In this document: piece after piece, positions 9,481 to 17,935 of the stretch
Layout of the letters: each line of letters begins with the position of its first letter
How positions within the stretch are numbered: position 1 is the first letter of the stretch
Assembly: GCA_963822445.1 (NCBI GenBank)
Contig: CAWGHO010000001.1
Location: forward strand, 1,472,001 to 1,536,000
Length of the DNA: 64,000 nucleotides
Source of the DNA: an uncultured Acidobacteriota bacterium
GTDB taxonomy: Bacteria > Acidobacteriota > Thermoanaerobaculia > Gp7-AA8
Direction of reading: 5' to 3'
Program-made: the position numbers and the translations under genes
The notes under the pieces: generated by a model
Seen by the model: only the letters and a program-made list of their open reading frames with translations
Told to the model about the DNA's origin: nothing
Databases searched by the model: none

Positions 9481-12434
9481 AACGTCTCCCCGATCCAGAA
9501 GCTCGTCCTGAACCCGCCCTCGTCATCCAGCTCCTTCAGGTCGAACCGCTTGGCAAAGTCCCAGTTGAGGGGCATGCCCCAGAAGCGGAACGAGAAGCCC
9601 CAGCCGATCGAGGCCTTGCCGTCTTTGAGCCGGCCGTCGTCGTCGATGAAGTCGAAGTCCTGATCCTTGAACGTGGCCGCGCCGATGTCGAAGAAGAACA
9701 CGCCGCGCACCTGCTGCAGCACGACGATCGGCGTTGCCAGGACGTCGATGAGCGGGAAGCGGAACTCGACGTTCGCGAACGCCGCGTGCTGCCCGAGCAG
9801 CGAGCGGAACTCGTAGCCGCGAAGCGTGTTCAACCCACCGAAGTAATAGAAATTCGAAGCATTCCCCTCGGAGAAAGCCGCGTAGAGCCGCGTCGCCAGC
9901 AGCGTCCGCGAGCTGAGCTGGAAGTACTCGCGCCAGTCGACGTTCACGTCAGCGGTGAGCGTTCCACCTTCGTCCAGATCGGGTGCGTATGACGCGCTGA
10001 GCTGGTACCGCCGTCCGGAAACCGGGCCGAAGAACTTCCAGACCGCGCTGTCGCCGGAGAACGTCGAGCTGACGATCGGATACACATCCTGGCGATGCTG
10101 GTACGCGACGAAGTCCGGTTTCTGCGGTGTGGCCGGGTCGTCGCTGAAAACGGGATGGAAGAAATCGCGGCTGACCGCACCGGCGCCGGTATCCAGGCGG
10201 TGATAGCGCGAGAAGGGATAGCTGAGGAAACCGATCGCGCCGGTCTCGCGGTAGAACTGCTGCCGGTCGATCCCGTTCTGCTCCTCGTTCAGCGTGTAAT
10301 AGAACGAGCGGTCGTCGAACAGGCGCGCGCCCCAGTTCAGGCGGCGGTGCATGTCGAGGTAGATGAAGTCGAAGTTGGAGAAGCTCGACACCGAATCGAG
10401 TGAGGCGATGAAACGGCGGTTGCCGAGCATGTCGCTCATGAAGATCGTCGACCGCGAGACGAAGAGCTGATCCGAGGTCACGCCGGCGCCGACCTGGACG
10501 TCGTCGACGAAGAGCTTGAACCCGCGAGTCGACTCGATCTTGTCCTCATCGATGAAGAACTCCGAGGTCGACCGGAAGACCGATCGCGATTCGGCAGCGA
10601 TCGGCGCGGACGGCAGCGTGGTCTTCTCGGCCGGGTGCAGCGGCTTGTCGGTCGTCGTCGAGTAGAGCTGCCAGGTGCCCTTGTAGTACGCCGCGAACAC
10701 CATCCGCTCTTTGTTGTTCACGCCGGTGAACACGACCGGCGTGAAGGCGCCGCCGACGACATCCGTGTACTGGAGCATGTCGCCGGTGGCGAGATCGAGC
10801 GAGTAGATGTTGAACGCGGCGAAATTCGTTTTGTCCGCGGGCGGCGTGTCACCGGTCGTGCGCGCGGCGTTCTCGGCGGATTCGAGGAGATTCGCGGCCT
10901 GCTCCACATTGCGGCCGGTCTGCTTGTCCGAGGAGAAGAAGAGCCGCTTGCCGTCCGGCGTGAACCAGGCGTCGATGTCGTTCCACTGGCCGCTGGTGAG
11001 CTGGAAGCGCTCCTTCGGATTGTCGAGGTTCAGGCGATAGAGCTTCGCGTGTTCCTCGCCGACGGACGAATACACCAGCCACTTCCCATCCGGCGAGAAG
11101 ACCGGCGCGCCGTCGAAGAACGAATCGCTGGTGACGTTGGTCGTGTTTCCCGAGTCGAGGTCGTAGATGAAGATGTCCGATTGATTGCCCATGAACCCGG
11201 CGAAGGCGATGCGCTTGCCGTCGGGTGAATAGGCCGGGCTGAGCTGCTGCTCAATGGCCATCGGGATCGAGCGCACCAGCGCGCCGGTCAGGGGATTGAT
11301 CAGCAGCAGGTTGCGGCCGCGCTCCTTCTTCACGAACAGCGCGATCTGATCGCCGTTCGGCGCGAACGCGGCGTCGCGTCCCATCACCGGGCCGGTCGTG
11401 AAGGACTGCACGATCGCGTACTCGTACTCGCTCGTGTATCCCGAGGTGAGGTTCTTGAGCATCCGCCGCTCGGGGATGTTGAAGAGAACCAGATCGATGT
11501 CCTGCTTGTACGTCGTGAAGCCTGCCAGCAGATCGCCCGACGGCGAAGGCACGGGCGCGATCTCGCTGCTCTGCTCTTCAGGGCGGATACGGAACACCTC
11601 GCCGTACTCCTGCGGCTCCCCTTTCGCCACGAGCGCGGGCAGGTACTGCTTTCTCAGCCACGTGCGGAAGCGCGTGTCGAATTCTTCAGACGTCAGATTC
11701 AGGGCGCGCTTGAGCGCGCGGTCGACGTTGTTGCCGAGCGTGTTGCGGTATTCGTAAATGAAATCGCGCAGACCATCCCAGCCCCAGCCTTCCTGAATGA
11801 ACTTGAAGACGGCGTGGCCGAAGCGATAGGCGAAGTAACCCTGCGGATTGAGGCTGATGCGCGGAATGCGATCGTTGACCACGGCGTCGCGCAGGACCAT
11901 GCGGTCGCGCGAGTCTTCGTCCTGGGCCATGAACGACGCCAGGCCTTCCATCATCCACTGCGGCGGATTGGCGGTGAGGTTCTTGCCGAATTTGCCCTGG
12001 AAGAGGATCTCGTACTCGAAGATGTGCGTGAGCTCGTGCGTGACCAGCTCCAGCAGCTGGTCGTCGGGCATGTCGATCGGCAGGACCATCCGGTTCCGCA
12101 CCGGCTCCGCGAATGCACCCACGCCTTCGGGGATGAACGTGAGCGTGACGTTGGTCTGCTCGAACGCCGAATGCGTGTGGTAGTAGATCAGCGGGATCTT
12201 TTTGGAGATCTGGAAATTGAATTTCTGGGAGAGGTCGAGATACGCGGTCTCGGCCATGTCCACCACGCGCTGCAAAGAGGCGCGCTCTTCTTCGTAGAAG
12301 TAAATGTCGAAGTGGGTGGAGTGATAGACCTGCCACTTGAAGGTGTCGTAGACGATCTTGTTCTGCCCGAAAGGGTAGGCCGGAACGGCCAGGAGCAACA
12401 CGAATACGAGGAGTGCGACGACTCGCTTCACCAC
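9477..12434 (-). CDS. Omp85-family outer-membrane protein with N-terminal zinc peptidase (MA-like) and PD40/TolB-like propeller
   Basis: Signal peptide; HELTH...EGLA; repeated PxxSPDG; LRGY barrel-loop motif; C-terminal Phe. Confidence 0.85.
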   Translation of the reverse strand: MVKRVVALLVFVLLLAVPAYPFGQNKIVYDTFKWQVYHSTHFDIYFYEEERASLQRVVDMAETAYLDLSQKFNFQISKKIPLIYYHTHSAFEQTNVTLTFIPEGVGAFAEPVRNRMVLPIDMPDDQLLELVTHELTHIFEYEILFQGKFGKNLTANPPQWMMEGLASFMAQDEDSRDRMVLRDAVVNDRIPRISLNPQGYFAYRFGHAVFKFIQEGWGWDGLRDFIYEYRNTLGNNVDRALKRALNLTSEEFDTRFRTWLRKQYLPALVAKGEPQEYGEVFRIRPEEQSSEIAPVPSPSGDLLAGFTTYKQDIDLVLFNIPERRMLKNLTSGYTSEYEYAIVQSFTTGPVMGRDAAFAPNGDQIALFVKKERGRNLLLINPLTGALVRSIPMAIEQQLSPAYSPDGKRIAFAGFMGNQSDIFIYDLDSGNTTNVTSDSFFDGAPVFSPDGKWLVYSSVGEEHAKLYRLNLDNPKERFQLTSGQWNDIDAWFTPDGKRLFFSSDKQTGRNVEQAANLLESAENAARTTGDTPPADKTNFAAFNIYSLDLATGDMLQYTDVVGGAFTPVVFTGVNNKERMVFAAYYKGTWQLYSTTTDKPLHPAEKTTLPSAPIAAESRSVFRSTSEFFIDEDKIESTRGFKLFVDDVQVGAGVTSDQLFVSRSTIFMSDMLGNRRFIASLDSVSSFSNFDFIYLDMHRRLNWGARLFDDRSFYYTLNEEQNGIDRQQFYRETGAIGFLSYPFSRYHRLDTGAGAVSRDFFHPVFSDDPATPQKPDFVAYQHRQDVYPIVSSTFSGDSAVWKFFGPVSGRRYQLSASYAPDLDEGGTLTADVNVDWREYFQLSSRTLLATRLYAAFSEGNASNFYYFGGLNTLRGYEFRSLLGQHAAFANVEFRFPLIDVLATPIVVLQQVRGVFFFDIGAATFKDQDFDFIDDDGRLKDGKASIGWGFSFRFWGMPLNWDFAKRFDLKELDDEGGFRTSFWIGETF

Positions 12435-12461
12435 AAATGGCCTCCTAAGTGACGGGGACGA

Positions 12462-13145
12462 TTACTCAGTGAACACGTAGCGCGTGGCCGAGGTCTCCTG
12501 CGCCACGAAAATGCCTACCAGTTGCGTTTCCAGCGAGCGGAGATTCTCGAAGAGGCCGAGGATCTCGTCGTAGTTGCGCTGGTCGAATTCCTTGAAGTCG
12601 CGGAAGTTCTCTTCCAGCACCATCTCGCCGGTGTCGGCGTTGATCACGGCCAGGTCGATGTCGAAGACGAATCCGGTCGATTCGACGAGCACCTGCCGGT
12701 AGAACGTCCGCCCATCAGCCGGCGACGTGTACTCCTCGGTCTTGTAGCCGGACTTGTCGTTGATGTCGAAGTCGACGATGCCGGTGACGATGAAGTCCGC
12801 ACCCGTGCGCGCGCCGAGCTCCTTCCAGTAATCGACAGACGATTGCAGGGTCTTGATGTCGGTTCCCGGGAGCCGCGTCGGCGGGACGTCGACCAGACGA
12901 AGCTTGGTCGATTTCGCGAGCTGCTTGCGGAGGTAGCGGTTGAACTCCTGCTGCACGTCGACCTTCGCCGCGCGGTCGTTGCGCTTCTCCCCTTTCGAGG
13001 CGATGACGAAAGGAGCGACGGCCACGCGCTCGTCACCGGTGATGGCCAGCTTCGGCTTCACCGGCAGCTTGAGCTTCACTTCGATGACGTCGGCGCCGAG
13101 TGGCAGCGCGAGAGCGAGCAAAACTGCGGATGCTGTCCTGATCAC
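12462..13145 (-). CDS. Exported protein, CsgG/LpoB/TolB-N-like fold suspected
   Basis: GTG overlaps the upstream stop; signal peptide; VAVAPF...ELGARTGADFIVTG...INADTGE pattern. Confidence 0.6.
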   Translation of the reverse strand: MIRTASAVLLALALPLGADVIEVKLKLPVKPKLAITGDERVAVAPFVIASKGEKRNDRAAKVDVQQEFNRYLRKQLAKSTKLRLVDVPPTRLPGTDIKTLQSSVDYWKELGARTGADFIVTGIVDFDINDKSGYKTEEYTSPADGRTFYRQVLVESTGFVFDIDLAVINADTGEMVLEENFRDFKEFDQRNYDEILGLFENLRSLETQLVGIFVAQETSATRYVFTE

Positions 13146-13600
13146 TGCACATCTCCGGGAGGGGTGGTGGTCGTGGTGGCGGTGGCTGGGGGAGCGGCGG
13201 CGGGCGCGGCCGTGGTCGTGGTCGTCGTTGCCGGCGTACCCTGGCGCTTCTTGCTCTTCGTGTTGAACTCGACGAAGCGGCTGTAGTTCTTCTGGATGTA
13301 CTGATTGGAGCGGTCGAGACGCATGGCCTCGCGGTACTCCTTCATGGCGTTGTCGAAGTCGCCGTTGGCCTCGTAGGCGACGGCGAGATTGTTGTGCGCC
13401 ATCGCGTCGTCCGGCTGGATCTCCACGGCCCGGCGGAAACGGAACATCGCTTCGCGCCAAAGGTTCATCTTGGCCATGCGCACGCCGAACTGGCGCTGGG
13501 TCTCGCTCCGATTCGTGTCGGTTCCGGCGCTACGGCAGCCGCCGGTGATGAGCACCAGGGCCAGGATCGCAATGGTTGATGCCGTGAAGGCCCGCTTCAT
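13142..13600 (-). CDS. TPR lipoprotein with Thr-rich tail
   Basis: AGGAGG RBS; lipobox TGGC; TPR helices (AHNNLAVAYEANGDFDNAMKEYREA). Confidence 0.8.
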   Translation of the reverse strand: MKRAFTASTIAILALVLITGGCRSAGTDTNRSETQRQFGVRMAKMNLWREAMFRFRRAVEIQPDDAMAHNNLAVAYEANGDFDNAMKEYREAMRLDRSNQYIQKNYSRFVEFNTKSKKRQGTPATTTTTTAAPAAAPPATATTTTTPPGDVQ

Positions 13601-13629
13601 CTTCCCTCCTCGATCGATCCGCGCAGCCG

Positions 13630-13637
13630 AGTATACT
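13630..13637. promoter_or_regulatory. Palindromic bidirectional -10 element (AGTATACT)
   Basis: TATACT reads on both strands between the divergent TPR operon and dprA. Confidence 0.5.
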
Positions 13638-13703
13638 GCGCGGGTTCCCACCTGCCGCCGGACCGCCGTCCGCGTCGTTTTTCCACCCGCACCAAACGAA
13701 GCA

Positions 13704-14780
13704 ATGAACCATTCCGACGTGCGCGACACGCTGATCGCGCTGTCTTTACTGCCATTTCTCACACCGAACAGGACCCGTCTTCTCCGCGAATACTTCGGCC
13801 ACATCGAGCTGGCCTGCGATGCCTCGTGCGATCTTCTGCAAGGGCTTTTGAGCCTAACCCGCGAGCAGGCGCAGCAGGTAAAGGTTCCGTTAACACGCGA
13901 GGCTCGTGAAGTGGTCGCGTCCGTGCGCGCGCACGTGATCACGCTCGCCGACGACACCTATCCGCCGCTTTTGCGGGAGATCATCGATCCGCCGCTCGTG
14001 CTGCACGTTCGCGGAAATGCGGCGCTGCTCGCGAACCTCTCTGTCGCCGTCGTCGGCTCGCGCCGCGCGACGCCGTACGGCCTCAACGCCGCGCATCATC
14101 TGTCGCGCGATCTCGCGTCCGCCGGCGTCACGATCGTCTCCGGTCTCGCGCGCGGAATCGACGCCGCCGCCCACCAGGCCGCACTCGACGCCGGCGCACC
14201 GACCATCGGCGTCCTCGGCACAGGAATCGACGTCGTGTATCCGCGATCGCACCGAGCTCTGTTCAAGCGCGTTGCGGAGAGCGGCGCGATCGTGAGCGAG
14301 CTCGCGCCGGGGACGCCGCCGAAGCGGGAGAACTTCCCGATCCGCAATCGGATCATCTCCGGCCTGTCGAAAGGAACGGTGATCGTGGAGGCGACCACCC
14401 GAAGCGGATCGCTGATCACGGCACGCATGGCCGCGGAACAGGGTCGTGATGTCTTCTGCGTCCCGGGCTCGATCTTCTCGGACAAGTCCGAGGGAACGCA
14501 TCGGCTGATTCAGTACGGAGCGAAGCTCGTTCACGACGTTGACGACGTGCTCGAGGAGCTCGGTCCAGACTTGCGAGCGCTGAAATCACGCGTCGAGGAA
14601 CCGGAAGGTCCGTTGGCCGAGGTGCTGGCGGTGCTGACGCGCGAGGAAGGTGCGCACGTCGATGCGTTGGCGGCGCGGCTCAGGCAGAGCTCGACCGAAG
14701 TCGCGGAGTCGCTGCTGCAGCTCGAGCTGGGCGGATGGATTCGCGCGTTGCCGGGAGCGAGGTATGTGCGCGTGAAATAG
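13704..14780 (+). CDS. dprA: DNA-processing protein DprA
   Basis: VAVVGSR, VSGLARGID, FPIRNRIISGLS and SGSLITA motifs; C-terminal winged helix. Confidence 0.95.
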   Translation: MNHSDVRDTLIALSLLPFLTPNRTRLLREYFGHIELACDASCDLLQGLLSLTREQAQQVKVPLTREAREVVASVRAHVITLADDTYPPLLREIIDPPLVLHVRGNAALLANLSVAVVGSRRATPYGLNAAHHLSRDLASAGVTIVSGLARGIDAAAHQAALDAGAPTIGVLGTGIDVVYPRSHRALFKRVAESGAIVSELAPGTPPKRENFPIRNRIISGLSKGTVIVEATTRSGSLITARMAAEQGRDVFCVPGSIFSDKSEGTHRLIQYGAKLVHDVDDVLEELGPDLRALKSRVEEPEGPLAEVLAVLTREEGAHVDALAARLRQSSTEVAESLLQLELGGWIRALPGARYVRVK

Positions 14781-14783
14781 GAG

Positions 14784-15086
14784 CTAAGCCAACCCGATGA
14801 GCTCTTTGTCCGCCTCGCGCGCGTTCTTCACCGTCACGGCGAGGATGGCGATCGGCACGCCCCAGGTCACCAGCTTGCGGAAGACTTTCGGCAGGCCGAA
14901 GCCGACCACGAGGCCGAGGACCGCGCCGCCGGCGATGAGGTGCGGGGCGTAGGTGCGGGCGATGGTCTTCGGATCGAGGTTCGTCCGAAGGTGGCGATCG
15001 AGCTCGTCAATGCGGTCGCCGACGCCGTCCCGCGCACGCACGATCTGCGTCTCGATCGATTTCTTCTGGTCGTCCATGTCTGCCAT
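14784..15086 (-). CDS. DUF3618/ElaB-like small membrane-anchored protein
   Basis: IETQIVRARDGVGDRIDEL followed by TM helices; follows the holin-like gene. Confidence 0.65.
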   Translation of the reverse strand: MADMDDQKKSIETQIVRARDGVGDRIDELDRHLRTNLDPKTIARTYAPHLIAGGAVLGLVVGFGLPKVFRKLVTWGVPIAILAVTVKNAREADKELIGLA

Positions 15087-15500
15087 TTACCTGCTCCTCA
15101 CGCGCGCGACGTCCGCTTTGAGCGAGTCGACGTCGCGTTTGATGTGGGCGATCGAGTCGTTGGGGACGAAGTTCACGTCCTGCAGCTTCTTCTTGCCCAT
15201 GATGCCCAGCACGGCCGCGGCCGCGAAGAGGACGAGGGTCACGATCAGCGCGGAAAGCCACGCCGGAACGCCGAGCGCGACGAGGCCGAGGGTGATCGTC
15301 ACGAAGAGAAAGGCCAGGCCGATCAGGGCCAGGAATCCCGCCCCGGCCAGCAGTCCGCCGCCGGTTCCGAGCTTGGCCACGGCCTCCTTGAGCTCGAGCT
15401 TCAGCAGCGCGATCTCGCTGCGGACGAGCATGGAAATGTCGGAGGTCAGGTCCTTGATGATGCTGCCGAGAGAACGCTCGGCTTCGGTGTAGTTGCTCAT
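15087..15500 (-). CDS. Holin-X/YqjE-like membrane protein (chromosomal 'phage holin family')
   Basis: ERSLGSIIKDL...LVRSEIALLKLEL followed by two TM helices; AAGGAG RBS. Confidence 0.75.
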   Translation of the reverse strand: MSNYTEAERSLGSIIKDLTSDISMLVRSEIALLKLELKEAVAKLGTGGGLLAGAGFLALIGLAFLFVTITLGLVALGVPAWLSALIVTLVLFAAAAVLGIMGKKKLQDVNFVPNDSIAHIKRDVDSLKADVARVRSR

Positions 15501-15545
15501 GACGTACTCCTTGAGCAAGAGGCTTTCCAGCTATGCTCTTGCCCA

Positions 15546-15911
15546 ATGTCGGATGTGATCGAGCTGGTGAAGGACTTTCGATTCGAGGCGGCGCACTTTC
15601 TACCCCAGGTGCCCGAAGGCCACAAGTGCCGGCGGATTCACGGCCATTCGTTTCGGGGCGAAGTGGCGGTGCGGGGACCGATCGATCCGAAGATCGGCTG
15701 GGTGATGGATTTCGCCGACCTCAAGCGGGCCATCGACCCTGTTGTCGCCGAGGTCGACCATTACCTGCTCAACGACGTCGCCGGCCTCGACAACCCCACC
15801 TCGGAACTGCTGGCGATCTGGATCTGGAAACGCCTCGCGCCGGTCGTGCCGAATCTCTTCCGGATCACGATCGAGGAGACGTGCACGTCGCGGTGTCATT
15901 ACTACGGCTGA
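15546..15911 (+). CDS. queD: 6-carboxy-5,6,7,8-tetrahydropterin synthase
   Basis: FRFEAAH, HKCRRIHGHSF, LDNPTSE and EET motifs. Confidence 0.95.
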   Translation: MSDVIELVKDFRFEAAHFLPQVPEGHKCRRIHGHSFRGEVAVRGPIDPKIGWVMDFADLKRAIDPVVAEVDHYLLNDVAGLDNPTSELLAIWIWKRLAPVVPNLFRITIEETCTSRCHYYG

Positions 15912-16531
15912 GATCTCAGCGGAACGAATCTGACCGCCTCGAGACGCCGCCGCGTGACGTGGCCGCCCTGTTTCTCGATCAGCCAGAGGTGTTGGTAGTC
16001 GGCGGGTCCGACCGGGATGATGCACCGCCCGCCCTCGGCAAGCTGCTCGATGAGCTCTTCGGGCAATAGCTCCGGCGCGGCCGCGGACAGGATGGCGTCG
16101 AACGGGCCTTCGTGGCGGAAGATCTCGACGCCGTTGCCGACGCCGAGGACGACGTTCGTGATTCCGAGTTGCTCGAGACGTTCCGCGGCGCTCGCGGCGA
16201 GCTCCGGCTCGACCTCGGCGCTGTAAACGATGCGGGCGAGCTTCGCCAGGATCGCGGTCTGGTAGCCGGAGCCGGTGCCAATCTCCAGCACCCTCTCGTC
16301 GCCGCGAAGGCGGAGCATTTCCGTCATGCAGGCGACGATGTACGGCTGGGAAATGGTCTGCCCGCGGGTGAGCGGCAGAGGCGTGTCGTCGTATGCCGAG
16401 GCGCGAAGGTTCTGGGGAACGAACACTTCCCGCGGAATCGAGGCGAGGACGTCCAGAACGCGCGGATCACTGACTCCGCGGCTGCGGATCTGTTCGCGGA
16501 TCATCCGCGCGTTGGCGTCATCGCTTTGCAT
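15902..16531 (-). CDS. pcm: Protein-L-isoaspartate O-methyltransferase
   Basis: GQTISQPYIVA, VLEIGTGSGYQTA and VRFVPL motifs. Confidence 0.95.
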   Translation of the reverse strand: MQSDDANARMIREQIRSRGVSDPRVLDVLASIPREVFVPQNLRASAYDDTPLPLTRGQTISQPYIVACMTEMLRLRGDERVLEIGTGSGYQTAILAKLARIVYSAEVEPELAASAAERLEQLGITNVVLGVGNGVEIFRHEGPFDAILSAAAPELLPEELIEQLAEGGRCIIPVGPADYQHLWLIEKQGGHVTRRRLEAVRFVPLRSQP

Positions 16532-17612
16532 GTTGCTGCTGCGCACCCGGACGCGGACGGCGGCCGGTTATCCGAAGCTTCATGACCCGGTCCTCGTTCC
16601 GCCGAAGCCGCGGGAGACTCACCAGCACCGTACCATCCTCGGGGATCCCCGTCAGCGACGCATCCCGATGCATGACGAAACTGCCGCTGAAGGCGACCTT
16701 CGTGACGCCGGGCGGCACCCACAACTTCACGGTTGGATTGGCGATCGGTATCCCGCCGCGATTGACCATGCGGATGCTGAAGAAGTCGTCCTTGCGCATC
16801 CGGTCCACGCTGAAGCCGAAGCCGTCGCTCCTGGCCTTCCGGCGCGAGGTCGGCGTGAAGGTCTTCGCGTTCTGCGGATCGCCCACCGCTCCGTCGGACA
16901 CCGGCTGCCCTGAGACCCATCGAAAGGCGGTTCGGAGCATGAGGTGCAAGGTGCCGTCGGGTTTGGGCGGCAGCTGGCGCGGATCGAAGCCAAACCAGAG
17001 ATAGCGCGCACCATCGCGCTCGATGTGCATCACCGCCGCGCGCTCGCTGTCCTTCCATCGCGCGTCGACGACCATGCGCGGCGTCTCTTTCAACAACGCC
17101 ACGGTTCCCGGCCGCGTGGGAATCACGTAGCCGGGTCGCAGCCGCGCGAGCACCGGCGATACATGCTCGGAGAGGCGCACGTTGCCCGTGACCTGGCCGA
17201 CTTCATAGAAAAGCCGGAAGCGGCCGATGGGCGTGCGCGGCGGAACGCCGACGAACGAGATCGCGCCGCCGCGGCGAACGAATTCTTCGAGGAGACTGGC
17301 CAGACGCGGAGTGATCTCATCGACGTCGCAGAAGACGACCACGCCTTCGATGGGATCGAATGTCTCCAGCGGGACCAGCGTCGCCTGCAATTCGGCGGCA
17401 TTGAGCAGCCGCACCCAGGCCGCGCCCAGCTGCGATCCGGAGCGCGCCGTGACGACGGTGACCTTCGGCAGCGGCTCCGGCTTGATGACGATCGATTGCT
17501 GTTCAATGAACGACCAGATGGCCACGGCACCCACCGCCACCACCAGAACGAGCATCGCTCCGTAAATGACGAGATGCTTGCTGGCGACGGTAGCTTCGTG
17601 ACGGCGAGCCAT
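16518..17612 (-). CDS. Membrane-anchored periplasmic accessory protein of the EPS operon (alpha/beta domain plus Ig-like C-terminus)
   Basis: N-terminal TM helix; co-oriented with the GT2 operon; no catalytic motif recognised. Confidence 0.65.
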   Translation of the reverse strand: MARRHEATVASKHLVIYGAMLVLVVAVGAVAIWSFIEQQSIVIKPEPLPKVTVVTARSGSQLGAAWVRLLNAAELQATLVPLETFDPIEGVVVFCDVDEITPRLASLLEEFVRRGGAISFVGVPPRTPIGRFRLFYEVGQVTGNVRLSEHVSPVLARLRPGYVIPTRPGTVALLKETPRMVVDARWKDSERAAVMHIERDGARYLWFGFDPRQLPPKPDGTLHLMLRTAFRWVSGQPVSDGAVGDPQNAKTFTPTSRRKARSDGFGFSVDRMRKDDFFSIRMVNRGGIPIANPTVKLWVPPGVTKVAFSGSFVMHRDASLTGIPEDGTVLVSLPRLRRNEDRVMKLRITGRRPRPGAQQQHAKR

Positions 17613-17618
17613 GTTCTT

Positions 17619-17724
17619 AGTAGGCAGTGGGCAGTGGGCAGTAGGCAGTGGACCCGGGGACGGGCGGGGGCCCCCTGCCTACCGCCTACTGCGAACGCGC
17701 CGTACGGCGCGCGTACTGCCTACT
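17619..17724. repeat. Inverted heptamer tandem-repeat hairpin (AGT[A/G]GGC)n
   Basis: AGTAGGC/AGTGGGC about 4.5 times, then GCCTAC(T) copies; inner CGCGCCGTACGGCGCG palindrome. Confidence 0.85.
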
Positions 17725-17911
17725 ATTTCTTCGGCTCGTACTGATTGAAGAACGCCTTCATCTGCCCTTCCTGGCGCAGTTCGCCTGCGGTCTTCGGGCG
17801 GCGAGCTTCACGTACCTTGTAAGCAAAGTAAGAAGCTACGGCGAGAATCAGTGTGACGACGATGGAGACGAAGATGACCGTCGCCAGAATGTTTACCCAG
17901 TCCAGTCTCAT
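17723..17911 (-). CDS. 62-aa single-TM protein, candidate synthase partner (PgaD/IcaD-like role)
   Basis: GGA upstream; hydrophobic N-terminal half and basic tail; lies directly downstream of the GT2 gene. Confidence 0.7.
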   Translation of the reverse strand: MRLDWVNILATVIFVSIVVTLILAVASYFAYKVREARRPKTAGELRQEGQMKAFFNQYEPKK

Positions 17912-17935
17912 GTGCAGGTCCTTCCGGTTCGAGAG

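Noticed and set aside
14784-15500. Holin-like gene as evidence of a prophage
   Set aside because: No phage structural, lysin or integrase genes; the holin-X plus DUF3618 pair is a common chromosomal arrangement.
15515-15529. sigma54-like TGGAAAGCCTCTTGC (minus) upstream of the holin-like gene
   Set aside because: Spacing is right, but the predicted TSS (about 15503) would exclude the evident AAGGAG RBS; left uncalled.
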